DNA of 64,000 bases from Azolla caroliniana (Eukaryota; Plantae; Polypodiophyta), in the NCBI GenBank assembly GCA_043228905.1, contig JBHGNT010000006.1, positions 22,444,001-22,508,000 on the forward strand, written 5' to 3'. The notes beneath the pieces were generated by a model, which was not told where the DNA came from, did not search any database, and worked only from the letters and a program-made list of their open reading frames with translations. Positions 1-12,400 of the stretch are shown in pieces (the stretch's first letter is position 1; the number at the start of each line of letters is the position of its first letter). A program made the translations under genes and the position numbers.

Positions 1-133
1 ATAAATCTTGTGCTATGAGCTCTCTTAAGCATCTAATTGATTTGTTAAAGAAATTTCTCTGTTTCTTGGAATTGTAAGAATTTTCTATTGGAGTATTTAG
101 AACTTACAAATGGCTTTGAAATACGCTGTACAG

Positions 134-2285
134 CTTAGAAATCTTGTTTGGGCTAGCTCCAAAAATGATGTTTATGTGATGCATAACTCATCTGTTCTCC
201 ATTGGTCTCCCATAAACCGGAAGAGAACCGAAGTTTTAAATGCTGCAAGGCCAATTGTCCCATCTCCAGAGGTATGGTTGATTCACAATTGTGCGAAATC
301 CATCCTTACTAGAATTTTTATTTCTTGGAAATTTTCCATTAATCAATGCGTAGTTTTATTCTGCAGGCAGAAAGAAGTGGATGGTCTTCACAACATGCTA
401 TAAGAAACTTGCTAATTAGTAGTATGTGTGTGAAGGGTAATCTTCTAGTTGCTGGTGGATTTCATGGAGAAATGATTTGCAAAGTAAGTTAAAGCAACCA
501 AGCATGATTATGTAGGGCTTTCTTGATCTCCTTCATTTTACTCAATAATTAATATTTCATAGTTTCTGGACCGTCCTGGAGTGTCTTTCTGCACGAAAAT
601 TACCTATGATGAGAATGCCATCACAAATGCTGTTGAAATATATGAAAATTCCAGGTATGATACAAGTAAATATACCTGGTTATTTCCTTGTTATTGAGTT
701 GATGACATATTGATTACAATTTCACATTTTGGAATTACAGTGGTGCCACAAGGGTGATGACATCTAACAATGATTCTATCGTTAGAGTTTTTGAGATTGA
801 TAAGTTTGAAGTACTTCAGAAGTTTTCCTTCCCATGGCCTGTTAATGTACATGCTCCTTTGGCCTTTTTCATTGATATGGTGGTTTTATCGTGTTGTGTT
901 CAATAAGGGTTTTCCAGGTTGTACAGTAATGTTATACTGTTGACTAATATCTCAGCTAAAATAATTGCCTTACATGCTTTTTGACAGCACACATCCATTA
1001 GCCCCGATAAACAAGTTTTTGTGGTTGTGGGCGATAGTGCAGATGGATTTCTTGCAGATTGTCAAACAGGCAAGGTAATGACATCTATGAGAGTTTTGCT
1101 AAGCAATAGTCTTATTTCATATCATATGTCCTCTTTATTAAATATACTTTATGTTTTAGTACGGAAACCGAGCTCATGGTTTTCTCCTAGAATGGATACT
1201 CTAGATAAGATTTTAGGTTGCTGGCACAATAACGCGAATACTGTATGTTGTTCGACATAGGTTCATATCCAATGACTCTGTATCATAGGACTTTATGATT
1301 TTTTGATATGCCCATCTCTAATACCAAGTCAATTTCTTTTATAGCTTATTTGATATCCCTTTTCTATGCTGTTGAAATACCATAGGGTCTGTCAGCTCAG
1401 GCTGACAAGATTGTATTTTGGTTCATGATGCTACTTGGCAATGGTGCTTTAATGCTCCGGTTTGGTGGTTTTCTAATTTGTTATAAACATTTGTTTTTCT
1501 TTTTGCAGTTCTAGTCCATGCTTTGTGTGAATATGTTACAAAATGCCTTGGTTTTCTGTTTTTGAAAAATTTAGCTCTCTGGTTTTTGTTAATGTTTGTG
1601 ACAGCGCAAACTGCTATATAAACTAGTTTATAATGGTTCAGCTCACATTGAGCAGGCTTACACATGCGAATTCTGTTAGCTAATATGTAATGATTTTTTC
1701 AATCAATCATGATTTTGGTCTATATCGATGTAAACTGCAATATGAAAGCTACATTGAACATTTTTTCCTGAAAAATTTTGATATTTCTTGTTATGCAAGA
1801 TATTAGAAACTCTAAGAAGGACATATCTAATGTTTTCTTAAATCTTGTTGGTATGCCAGGTATTACAAACTCTAAAAGGACATTTAGACTACTCTTTTGC
1901 ATCAGCATGGCATCCAAATGGGCATCTTTTCGCAACTGGAAATCAAGATATGTCATGTAGACTCTGGGATGTTCGGAACTTAAGCTCTTCTATTGCTGTT
2001 CTGAAAGGACAAATAGGAGCAATTCGCTCTCTTAGGTTCACAACAGATGGCAGATTCCTTGCAATGGCAGAGCCAGCGGACTTCGTTCATATTTTCGATG
2101 TTTACCAAGATTTCACAAAATCTCAAGAGATAGATATTTTTGGCGAGATAGCAGGCATATCGTTTAGCCCTGACACGGAAGCATTGTTTATTGGTGTAGC
2201 TGATCGGACATACGGAAGCTTGTTGGAATACAATCGATGCCGTGGTGATAAAGTAGAGGTGGAGGCACCAATCAATATTGGTTGA
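134..2285 (+). CDS. WD40-repeat protein, C2A9.03/DUF2415-like, copy A (5' exons outside the window; altered C-terminus)
   Basis: GT-AG exons 134-271, 367-483, 563-654, 741-846, 988-1074 and 1860-2285 splice in frame (LRNLVWASSKNDVY...GHLDYSFASAWHPNG...). Near-identical to 27145-29275. Diverges at ~2243 and ends CRGDKVEVEAPINIG* instead of RHVNTYLDSLC*. Confidence 0.85.
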
Positions 2286-2720
2286 GAAGATTCTGACCAG
2301 CACCATGTTCTCCATCTTAATATAGTTCGAACGAGTATTTGCATGTAAAAAACCAAACTCTACAGGGGGAGAACAGAGTTGGTGAATATAGCTTGGATTG
2401 TTCCCATCTAAACATGACCACAGCAAAAAAAGAAGAAGTGATTGAGCAAATAGTTCGCAAGTTGGATAATAGAACATAGATGAACTCCGTAACATCTCTT
2501 CATAGAAAGATGGCCAACTACAAGGCACTGCTTTCACACATTGGAGAATGGATTCATCATCAGGCCCTCTTATATTGACATATATCTATATCCCATGTGT
2601 TACACAGTGTGCGAATGCAGCTGTAGACCTCTTACATCAGTTAGAGATTGAGGTAGGCAAATATGTGCACACCCCACTAGAAGAAAGAATTTACCAATTG
2701 TGTTATCATTGAAGTGGAAT
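2244..2720 (+). mobile_element. Degenerate LINE fragment (RTEX-like ORF2 C-terminal region) at the 3' end of WD40 copy A
   Basis: 2520-2720 aligns by eye to 35545-35745 (HQLEIEVGKYVHTPLEERIYQLCYH vs [25 protein letters not shown]). Assigning 2244-2520 to the same element is inferred from contiguity. Confidence 0.7.
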
Positions 2721-2839
2721 TTACCTTTGTATCGACTATAAATTGAGCAATAAGTAAGAAGCTAAGTAGGCTAGTTTTGATATCCTATGTGCATTTCACA
2801 TAATTGGTGGAGATGACAAGTAAAATTTTAGCCACTAAC

Positions 2840-3900
2840 ACCTCGTTCATGGCGTCCCAACTCCCTCTCATCGCTTTGGAAGCTGATACGCCTATGCTTC
2901 TTGAGCCCCGCAACCTCATGCGCGGCGCACCCCACTTCCAAATGGAGTAGCTCTTGTGAGTCCTCTCCAAGGCTATGCTTTAAATCAGCTCTTGAAACTA
3001 ACCCCTGGGGTGTTGATGGAAGAGCCAACTCCCCATGTCCAAGCATTTGCCTCTTCCGCTTCGTAATTATGTACCACTCTCACCACCATCAATCACTCTA
3101 ACCACATTGTCTTGTTCGACTCTAGTAGTAGGATATCTTCCATTAGTGCCGCCTTAGTTCACTAGTTAGGCCTCATGACATCCCTCGCTCCCTCCATTCA
3201 AGTCCTTTTTGGCAATCACCAACATCTATAGCACTCTCGCATGTAACCTCGTTGTATTGTCACCTTAGGCAAACTCACTTTCTCACACCACTTTTATGTC
3301 CTGCCCCATCAACTCTTCCCCCTAACCGTAGTTTGTGATTGGTTCCTCAAGTGGCACGCTATAATTGATCTCGTTGCCCACCAAGTTCTTGTCCAACGAG
3401 CTCCCTTGATCCCCCTCCTATACGATAGCCCTCCTATCCCCCACCTCATGTACGTCCAAGTGACCCTCAATCGACGGGAGTGATTGATCTCTATCTACCT
3501 ATAGCTCTCTTATCCCCCACATCAGCCAAGTCTAGGTGGCCCTCAGTCCATAGGATTGATTGATCTTTATCCACCAATTGCTAGCTTGTTTTTTGTAACT
3601 AGCCCCATCCAACTATTATCTAATCGGGGCCGCCAATTCCACGGGGATGTCCTCAACGTCGTTCTAGCTCAACTAGGTGTCCAGCAGGTGTTTATGTCCC
3701 CATACCATCCTCGGGACCAATGGTCTCACCTAATGCCTCAACAAGACCCCCAAGTGGGAGGTTGCTGCACGAATCAACCCTTTTCGAGCACTCTATGGGC
3801 GTGACCTTCGCCTCCCACCAAAATCGTTCATTGACGTCCATTCTAAACTTACAAACGTGCCACCCTAGGCTCATCTTCTGACCCCCGTCCTTTTCCCATG
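2840..3900 (+). mobile_element. Highly degenerate Ty3/gypsy pol remnant
   Basis: ORF 3556-3804 contains LSNRGRQF...SPYHP, resembling the integrase core motif SDRGxQF...PYHPQxNG. C-rich and frameshifted; boundaries approximate. Confidence 0.5.
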
Positions 3901-3956
3901 TTGTAAACCTCCTTGTTTCTCTCAGGGAGGAAATGTGGTGTGCATGTGTTCTTTTG

Positions 3957-4183
3957 TCAACTTTTTATCATGCATTTGAAATCGCAGGCCTTAAATCCGT
4001 GGCTCATCAACTTGTAAACTTGCTAATAGAGACTTTGCATATAAAATGAATAGGTAAAAGGCAAGTGGGCATCCTTGCCTTACTAAATGTGTTATTTCAT
4101 ATGCACATTTAGGACTTCTAGAAAACCATTCAATTCTTCACCATGTTTATCTACCACTTCCTCGTTCATGGAGCCTTTGTAAA
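3957..4183 (-). repeat. 227-bp inverted duplicate of the L1 RT fragment at 18580-18806
   Basis: Reverse complement matches 18580-18806 with ~10 mismatches by eye. Encodes SVRQGCPLA and shares the in-frame stop RI*GL. Confidence 0.9.
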
Positions 4184-4234
4184 CACTTGGGAATGTTAAT
4201 CCTGATCTAGAAACCTAAGTATCTAGTTGCAACA

Positions 4235-4672
4235 TGTAAATGTTAACGTGCAGAAGCGTTAGACAAAACCAGCTCAGCCGGATAGCAATAGAAAATAAGA
4301 TGAAGGTTTAATGGAGAAGCTTAATACACAGAGAGTATATGCGGGAGAGACAGAGAGAGCAAAACGTAAATGTAGATTCAGAATAATAGAAACACTATGT
4401 ACTCTGTACATACAACATGCTAAACAACACTATTTATACAAGTCCTGAAAAGGACTTACAGAAGTACTATGTACTTCAATGCTCATACGAGCAACTGTCA
4501 CTAACTACGAGACAATGATTACCTAGTAGTCTAGGCTACTACTAGGCTTCCGGTTCGCACTCGAATCTGGTTCTTTGATCCGTCTCCCCGATCCGACCGG
4601 TTGTTTCCAGATACCGATCTGGCTCATCCTTTCGGATGCCGATTCGGATCCGGTTGAGCTTGCTACTCAACA
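4235..4672. mobile_element. Solo LTR (V) with 5-bp TSD
   Basis: TG...CA termini; TSD CAACA at 4230-4234 and 4673-4677; no internal coding region. Confidence 0.8.
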
Positions 4673-4822
4673 CAACATTTTCTTGCAACCAACAAAATGA
4701 AGGGTTTAGGCACCACTATTGTTTCTTAGTGGTTAGATACATAGGGGTGCATGTATTCACACTTACACTCACAATCGTACTCGTATACATTACACACACA
4801 TACAATAAAACCATAATCTTTC

Positions 4823-7420
4823 TGTTGAGATATAAAGCTCAACTAGATTTAGTTAGTTAGTCAACACATGTAACTTAGTAGTTACCTAGATAGAATTTAG
4901 TTAGTGTGTTTACCGTAAAGCCTAAAATAGGATTTTGTATTTGAATGGGATACATTGTAGATCCTCCACTCCCATGTTCCTTTAATATAGTACCTACACC
5001 TTTGTACCTATATTCTACTCACACATGTGCACCTTTGCACATGAGATGTATATATACCTCATTGTGGGTATTTTTGTATTTGATGATGGTTATTAATATA
5101 GAGGAAAGATCTTTAGCTACACTCTTGTTAATCATCCCCCACTTACACATACCCACACATATCACATAACCTTCCACTGCTTAACTACTCACATAATTAG
5201 TCACTAATTAACCCTAGTTAATTACCGAATTATCAACATGGTATCAGAGCATGTGGTTTAACACATCCACTAAGCCCACCCGACTCTTCGTGATTATATG
5301 CTCGAGACACCGACGACAAATCCGGTTATCGGCTACCGTAGTGTCGTTACGTAGCACGTGTACGTGATCAGAGGAAGAAAAGCCAAGAAGGAAGACACTA
5401 CATCAACATCAACATCAACATCAACATGACAAAGACGAGATGGTTCAAGTATGCTTGGGTAGCCTCACACAACGATTCAACTTGTTGGGGACAACAATCT
5501 TGGCAAGGGAAAACCCTCCTTCGTTCTTCGACCTTCAATCAATGCTATTGGTTGAAGAGAACCACGTCTGAACCAAGAGCAAGATATCGGAAGGACAAAT
5601 GTTCTCGAATTCGAATGGTGGCTGAGGATAAGGTTGAGGTGGTAGAAGAGGTCAATTCAACCTATCTCACGAAGGGAACTCAAACCCTCGACAAGAAGAA
5701 CAAAGCCATCGAGAAATGTTGGGAAGAAGGGGGAGCTTCTATGCCTAACAAGGTCAGCAAATGAGGCCCGCTACTTGCAACTATTGCGGCAAAATAGGCC
5801 ACCGCGAAGAGGAGTGTCGGAAGAAGAGAAGCGAGTCAAATTCGACAAGCCGACAAGCCACAACTACACCACCAGCTCCAAATACAACGACTACGGGGGA
5901 CTATTCGTAATGAGACATAGAGTGAACTCTATAACGACCTCCGAGTCCACAACATCTCCAACTCAGAAAACATGTCATTCGTCCACTCCAACGCGTCACA
6001 TCATATGACGTCACACCAAGACTCGAATGCCGGATCGACCCTGCTTCATAGAGATGGGAGACGACACCACACATCCCATTCGGGAAAGAAGGCAAACAAA
6101 CTTGCATCAAGAATGTCTTGCATGTGCCCACGATAACAAAGAATTTGGTCTCAGTCGGCCAAATCATGGAGCAAGGCATGCAAATTTGTTTCAACAACGA
6201 AGGATGCTTTATCGAGAAAGATGGCCGACTCATAGCTAAGGGACGGAGAGACGGTCGAATGCTCATTCTCAATTCGAATGAGGTGAAATTGGCCATGTAT
6301 GCCAAAGGTCTCAAAACCAAGATGAACATCAAGTTGTGGCACAAGAGCATCGGCCACATCAACCTCCAACGACTTCGAGCAATGCAAACAAAGGGAGTTG
6401 TCATCAGACTTCCGACATTCGAGTCGAAACGAGTATGCAAAGTGTGTCAACTCGGCAAACAACGTTGATCACATTGGTAAGTGAAAAACCTCGACGCTCA
6501 TCGCCAAATGAGGACGAAATAGACCGCCAAATGAGAGTCATTTTCATTTCCAAAGATGAAGAGGGTATATATTTCAATTATAAAGAATTGTTATTTTGAA
6601 AAACCCTCAGTTTCCTTTTGGAGCCCGCATTTGTTTTATGAATTGCAATGGGTTCCTTCATGTTTATACACTTGTCTCTAGCAAGAGTCCCTATTTTGAA
6701 GCAAACAAGAGAAGAACCCCGTCGATCGGCTCGGCTACAACAAGTACATGGCCCATCATTATGCCTTCACGATCAAGGTAACGACTGAACAAGAGCCCGA
6801 GAGCTCGTGACCCGCGATGGGTGGAAGCAGTCGGCCTTCACCCATTTCACACTACAAGCCTTCGTCACCGGATTGGGGGGGAGAAACCGAGATGGGAAAG
6901 CCAAAGGTCAGACGAAAGTCGACGAAAGCCAAAGCGGATGTAAGACACCTCATACTTGAGCTTGAGGGGGCATCTTGAGATATCAAGCTCAACTAGATTT
7001 AGTTAGTTAGTCAACACACATAACTTCGTAGTTGCCTAGATAGAATCTAGTTATTGTGTTGACCTTAAAACATTACATAGGATTTTGTACTTGAATGGGA
7101 TACATTGTAGATCCTCCACTCCCATGTTCATTTAATATAGGACTTACACCTTTGTATCTATATTCTACTCACACATGTGCACCTTTGCACGTGAGATGTA
7201 TATATACCTCATTGTGGGTATTTTTGTATTTCATGATGCTTATTAATATAGAGGAAAGGTCATAGCTACACTATTGTTAATACACCCCCATTTACATTAT
7301 TGTTCATAAGTGTATCTTCCTCTCACACAGATATCCACACATATCACATAACCTTCTACTGCTTAACTACTCACATAATTAGTCACTAATTAACCCTAGT
7401 TAATTACCTAATTATTAACA
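4823..7420 (+). mobile_element. Internally deleted non-autonomous Ty1/copia element (W)
   Basis: LTRs 4823-5238 and 6973-7420; TSD CTTTC (4818-4822, 7421-7425); Met-tRNA PBS TGGTATCAGAGC 5239-5250; PPT GAGGGGG before the 3' LTR. Remnants of the Zn knuckle (CNYCGKIGHREEEC), protease region and GAG-pre-integrase (LWHKSIGH...CKVCQLGKQ). No INT core, RT or RH. Confidence 0.92.
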
Positions 7421-9460
7421 CTTTCACCCTCACTCATCATACTTATAAATCTTCATACATCTCGTACGGTAACAACGAGATCAGGAAGAACAGATTGACT
7501 AGAGAAGCAAAGGCAACTATAGCAGCAAACAAGATCAAGATTCAAGTGTAGAGAGAGAGAGAGAGAGATGGGCACAAACTATGTAACTGTATTATTATCA
7601 AGAAGTTCCAATGGCAACATCTCTCCAACTAGGTTACAAAGTTCAGTTTAAATACACACTAAACTAGGTCAATTGCCCTTTCCAATATTTACAAATATGG
7701 CCTAGACCTAGTTTGTCTAATGGGATAGTGTAAATGCGTCTGTTATGTACCCGTATGTGACACTCCCCCGTAATGGGCGTATACAACAAAAATCTGTAAT
7801 TAAAAGAACAAACAAAAAGAAACTACAAATTTTAAAAGGTTGTTGAACAAGTTGGCTTTTGTCTGAAATGGCAATGTCTGAGAACAAGGGCCGGATTGGC
7901 CAAAGCAAGAAGCGTTGAAGTCGAATCTCAGGATGTCAATGTTGATTGCCCGAAACTTTCCTTATTGTCCGCCTTAATCAAACTGATTTTTTATGACGCC
8001 CATCTAGTGCCGAAGAGTCCGGAATTGGTCTGGTAGAAGAACCTTGTCATCCCACCTGCTACATTGTCGGTCGTCAGTATTTTCTCAAGTCCAAGCTTCT
8101 TAGAAATGACACAGTCCCAAACAAAGTGATATCGAACATATATGTGCTTTGAGGCATCGTGGTGAACAAGATTTCTTGACAATACGACGTCGCCTTGACT
8201 GTCGTTATAGACAATTGGAGGCGACTTCGAATCGACTTGTCGAAACGTGCACGCCAACCGTCTGAGCCACAAAGCTTCCTTTGCTACGTTGGATGCAGCT
8301 ACATATTCAACTTTAGTGGTTGAAGTGATCGTGCACCCTTGGAGTTTCGACTTCCATGAGATTGCTCCATTGCCAAATTTAAACCAGTATCTGATTGTTG
8401 ATTTCTGATTGTCGAAGCAGCAAGTGAAGTTTCATTAGGTGTATCCGACTACACCTGAAGTCTTGTTTAGGCCGAGTAGGATGCGATGGATCTAAACACA
8501 TACTTTACCGTGTTCCAATGCAACTAGTGGAGATTATGCATAAATCTCTTGACGACTCCTACGACATGAGCTAAGTTCGGCCATGGTGTGACCATCGAAC
8601 ACATCAAGGAGCCGACAACCAGTGTATAAGGTACCAGCTTCATAGTTTCCCCCTCTGGATCGGATGTCAGCCAGTCTCTCTAAGAAATCCGAAGGCTAAT
8701 CGAGAGAGGGGTCTATAGACCCACTTGCACGGAAGAACACATCGATTTTTTGGTAATTCGACCAAATCCTAAGTCTTCTTTTGCTGGATGGAGTTCATTT
8801 CAAACTCCATCGGTAGATGCCATGTGCTCGGCAATGTCTATAAAGAAGATTCCTGGAGAATATCTCTCTAAGGGCTACCATAGTTTTTCTAATTTTCTTG
8901 TTATGACCGGGCGTGCCAGATCAGGTATCTCAGTGAGATGGTCTAGAGCTGAAACTTTCGGTTGGAGCCGATTCAGTGTAGAGGATTTGTTTATCCATGA
9001 AGGTGACCTCGTGTTGTCGGTTGGGATGTTATGAAGGGTCTAGACTTCCGAGAAAGTTACCCTTCATACTTCAATAGGCCTTTTTTCCGTCTTGTGCATG
9101 ACCGACTCATTGAAGACAACATCCAAACTTCGGATGATCTACATGTTCTCTGGGTCCTAAAGTCAATATCTAATTTCGCTATCTGCTCCATAGCCAAGGA
9201 AAATCATTTCCTGGACCTTGGTTTTAGTTTTCGGCGTCGTGTTTCGGTACGAGGGCGTATGTGTCACATTTGAAAATCTTCAACTTGTAGTAATTTGAAT
9301 TCCTACTGGTCCATAGTTCTAGAGGTATTTGGAGTCCTAGAGCCCTATTGAGCGACATATTGATTATGTGTACTATTGTAAGTAGAGCCTCTGTCCGGAA
9401 GCCATCCAAGAGTCCATAGTGTTAGAGCATAGCGACGATTCATTCCGTTCTACTCCGAAC

Positions 9461-12400
9461 TGTCAGCAATAGTACTAAAACAGAGAGAGAATTACTACTA
9501 GAGAAGGGAAGTACTATTAGTACTAAGAGGACGGGACTGTGTAAGACTCCCAAGAGAGAGGAAAGAGAAGAGAAGAGAGAGAAAGAGAGAAAGTGAGGAC
9601 GAGAGAGAGAGATGAGGATAACATATGATATATTATAGAAAGAGTAAGTACAAGATGGTTATGAGGCTTAAGACTGGCATTGAACCAATTTGGTTCAACA
9701 TAATGCCTAGTGCCTTCTTTTATAGTGTTCTCAGGAATAATCCTGAAGCTTCTAGAATATTCCAGAGAAATCTGGAATATACATTAATTTCCTATAATAA
9801 AACTTAAATGAAAATAATATCTTACGTATTACAATAGATGGTATAATGGTCAAGAGCTCGACCCATATAACATAAGGTCATGGGTTTGAGTCTTGCCATA
9901 TCATGACACTATCTCCCCCTTAAGACGAAGAGTGGAACGAGTCGGGATTGATTGCGGACCGGGTTTGTTCGGATACTTTCGGTGGAACTCAGCAAGAAGA
10001 TCCAGAGCATTAGCGATATGCTTGACGGGTTCCCAAGTACATTCGCTCGGACTATAGACGAGCCTATCGACCAAATAATAAAGTTTGGAATCGAGGACGG
10101 CAGCAACTTCATACTTCGGGCCGACTTCCAACTCAAGTAGGGGCGGCGATGGTGTAACACGATCGGGAATAGTGTTTGCTTTATAAGGTTCACGAAGAGA
10201 GCGGATGTATCTGAAGATGCGGAGGGAGATCAAGGCGGAACGTGACATCATTAAACTTACTAGTAATACGGAAAGGACCGAGTCGTCGATAATCCAACTT
10301 GTCGCACGGTCGAGTAGTCTTGATGTGACAACGTAAGAGTCATACTCAATCTCCGATGGCAGAAGAGGAGGGAAGCCGATGACGATGCGCATAAGTCTTC
10401 TGTGTATGTTGAGCATGACGAAGATGAGTAGAGAGATCCATCTGGATCTTGCGTAGCCTCTCCAAATGATCCGCAACACGAGGGTTGGTAGGTAGCTCCG
10501 GGGTGTCGATCACCGACCAGCCAGGATGAGAACCGGTATAAGCGTAAAATTGGGAGACCCGAGTCGAGGAGTGGAGAATCTTGGCCCAATCGTCCTGTTG
10601 ATAACTCAGAAAACACCGGAGACATTGTTCCAACGTTTGGTTGGTTCGTTCTGCCTGCCCATTGGTCTAGGGATGGTAGCCGAAGGAGAGGTTGCAAGAG
10701 ACCTTGAGCATCTTGAAGAGATGCTACCAAAATTTGGAGACGAATTGAGGTCCTCGGTCACTGATGATATTGTCTAGGAGGCCATGATGCCAAAATACCT
10801 CACACATGACAAGGGCAGTGGTTTCCTCGCTAGTGATGGCCTTAGTACACGACACAAAATGTGCCATCTTAGTATATTGATCAATGACGGTTAAGATAGC
10901 ATCGAACCCCTTCAAGACCGTCAAATCTGTGATAAAATCAAGACAAATAGACTGCCACGGCTTACTTGGAATCGGTAAGGGTTCCAACAAGCCATATGGA
11001 TGGTGTCGGGCCATCTTTGCTCGGCAACAAGCATCACAAGTCCAAACGTAGTCGTCGACAAAATGTCGCGTATGGGGCCACCAAAAAGATCGTTGAACGA
11101 GATCCAATGGCTTAGTACTACCGAAATGTCCCGTCGTATGGTGTCGTAACAATTTTGAACGACTTGAAGGCAACAGGAGCAATCAAGGACATATACAAGC
11201 TCTTTAAAGAATAACAAACCATCATGATATTTGAATTGTCGGTAGTCCATACCTGGTTGTTGAGATTGGGAACAAGATGCCCGAGAGGTATCAATGTGCG
11301 CCAGAATGTCTTGAGCAAAATTGTTTGTCTTCAAGTTCGCACGTATGGCATCGGTAATCCGGGAATCCATTGGGGTGTGAAAAATCCGTGTTGTGTGCAA
11401 TCGTGTTGGTCCCAAGATTACTTGGTTTTGATTATCAAACGCTGGATCACCAGGACGACGTGCAAGATATGAACGTCGTGATAGCGCATCTGCTTTTCCT
11501 TGTTGCTTCCCCAGTCGATATGTGATTTTGAAGTCGAAATGCGTGAGGAATTGAGCCCACCAAGCTTGCCGTCGATTTAGCACTCGAGCATTCTAGAAAT
11601 ACGCAAGATTTTTGTGATCACTAAAGACGACGACCTAATGTGGAGAGCCTCTAAGAAATGCCGCCATTGCACAAAGGAATCCACGATGGCTAATAACTCC
11701 TTGTCATGTATTTCGTAGTTGATTTCCGCGGCATTGAATTTGCGTGAATGGAAAGCCACATGATGTAACTCTTCTTTATCTCCTTGTTGAGAAAGGATGC
11801 TACCGAGGGCGAAATCCAATGCGTCGGCCTCCATGATGAATGGTTTTTTTGTATCCACATGAGCTAGAATAGGAGCTTATGTAAAGGCTTTCTTAAGATG
11901 CCGAAAAGCCATGTCCGCTTCATTGGACCAAAGAAATTATTGTCCCTTCTTCGTAAGTTGTGTGAGAGGTAAAATAATCTTCGAGTAATCCTATATAAAC
12001 TTGCAGTAAAAGTTAGCAAAACCTAGAAAACATTGTACATCTCGTACCGATCGTGGAATTTGCCACTCTAGCATAGTTTGGACTTCAGCTGGATCCATGG
12101 AGATGCCCTTTGAGGAGATGACGTAGCCTAGAAATTCCACTTGCTTGCGGTCGAAGCTACATTTTTCTAGCTTGGCATAAAGACCATTCTCGCGGAGTCG
12201 TTTTAGTACTAATAGTACATGAGAATCGTGCTCTTCCTGGGTCTTTGAATAAATCAATAGATCATCCAGATAGATGATCAAATAGATATCCAAGAGGTCT
12301 CTAAATATATCATTTGCCATGTGTTGGAAGACTGCGGGTGCATTGGTTAGACCAAACGGCATAACAGTATATTCGAAATGCTCATACTGCGTGCGAAAGG

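Larger units (their letters stand above)
4194..7474. mobile_element. Putative short solo LTR (U) split by two later insertions
   Basis: Starts TGTTA at 4194 and ends TAACA at 7474. The pieces 4194-4234, 4678-4822 and 7426-7474 rejoin across the TSDs of the nested elements. It has no TSD of its own. Confidence 0.45.

Noticed and set aside
110-403. Single-exon ORFs such as 110-403, 1021-1260 and 24224-24487 as standalone genes
   Set aside because: They are exons read through into introns; the spliced models explain them.
1-2243. WD40 duplication as a pure assembly duplication
   Set aside because: Dozens of substitutions and indels plus a distinct 3' junction; an uncollapsed haplotype still cannot be excluded without read depth.
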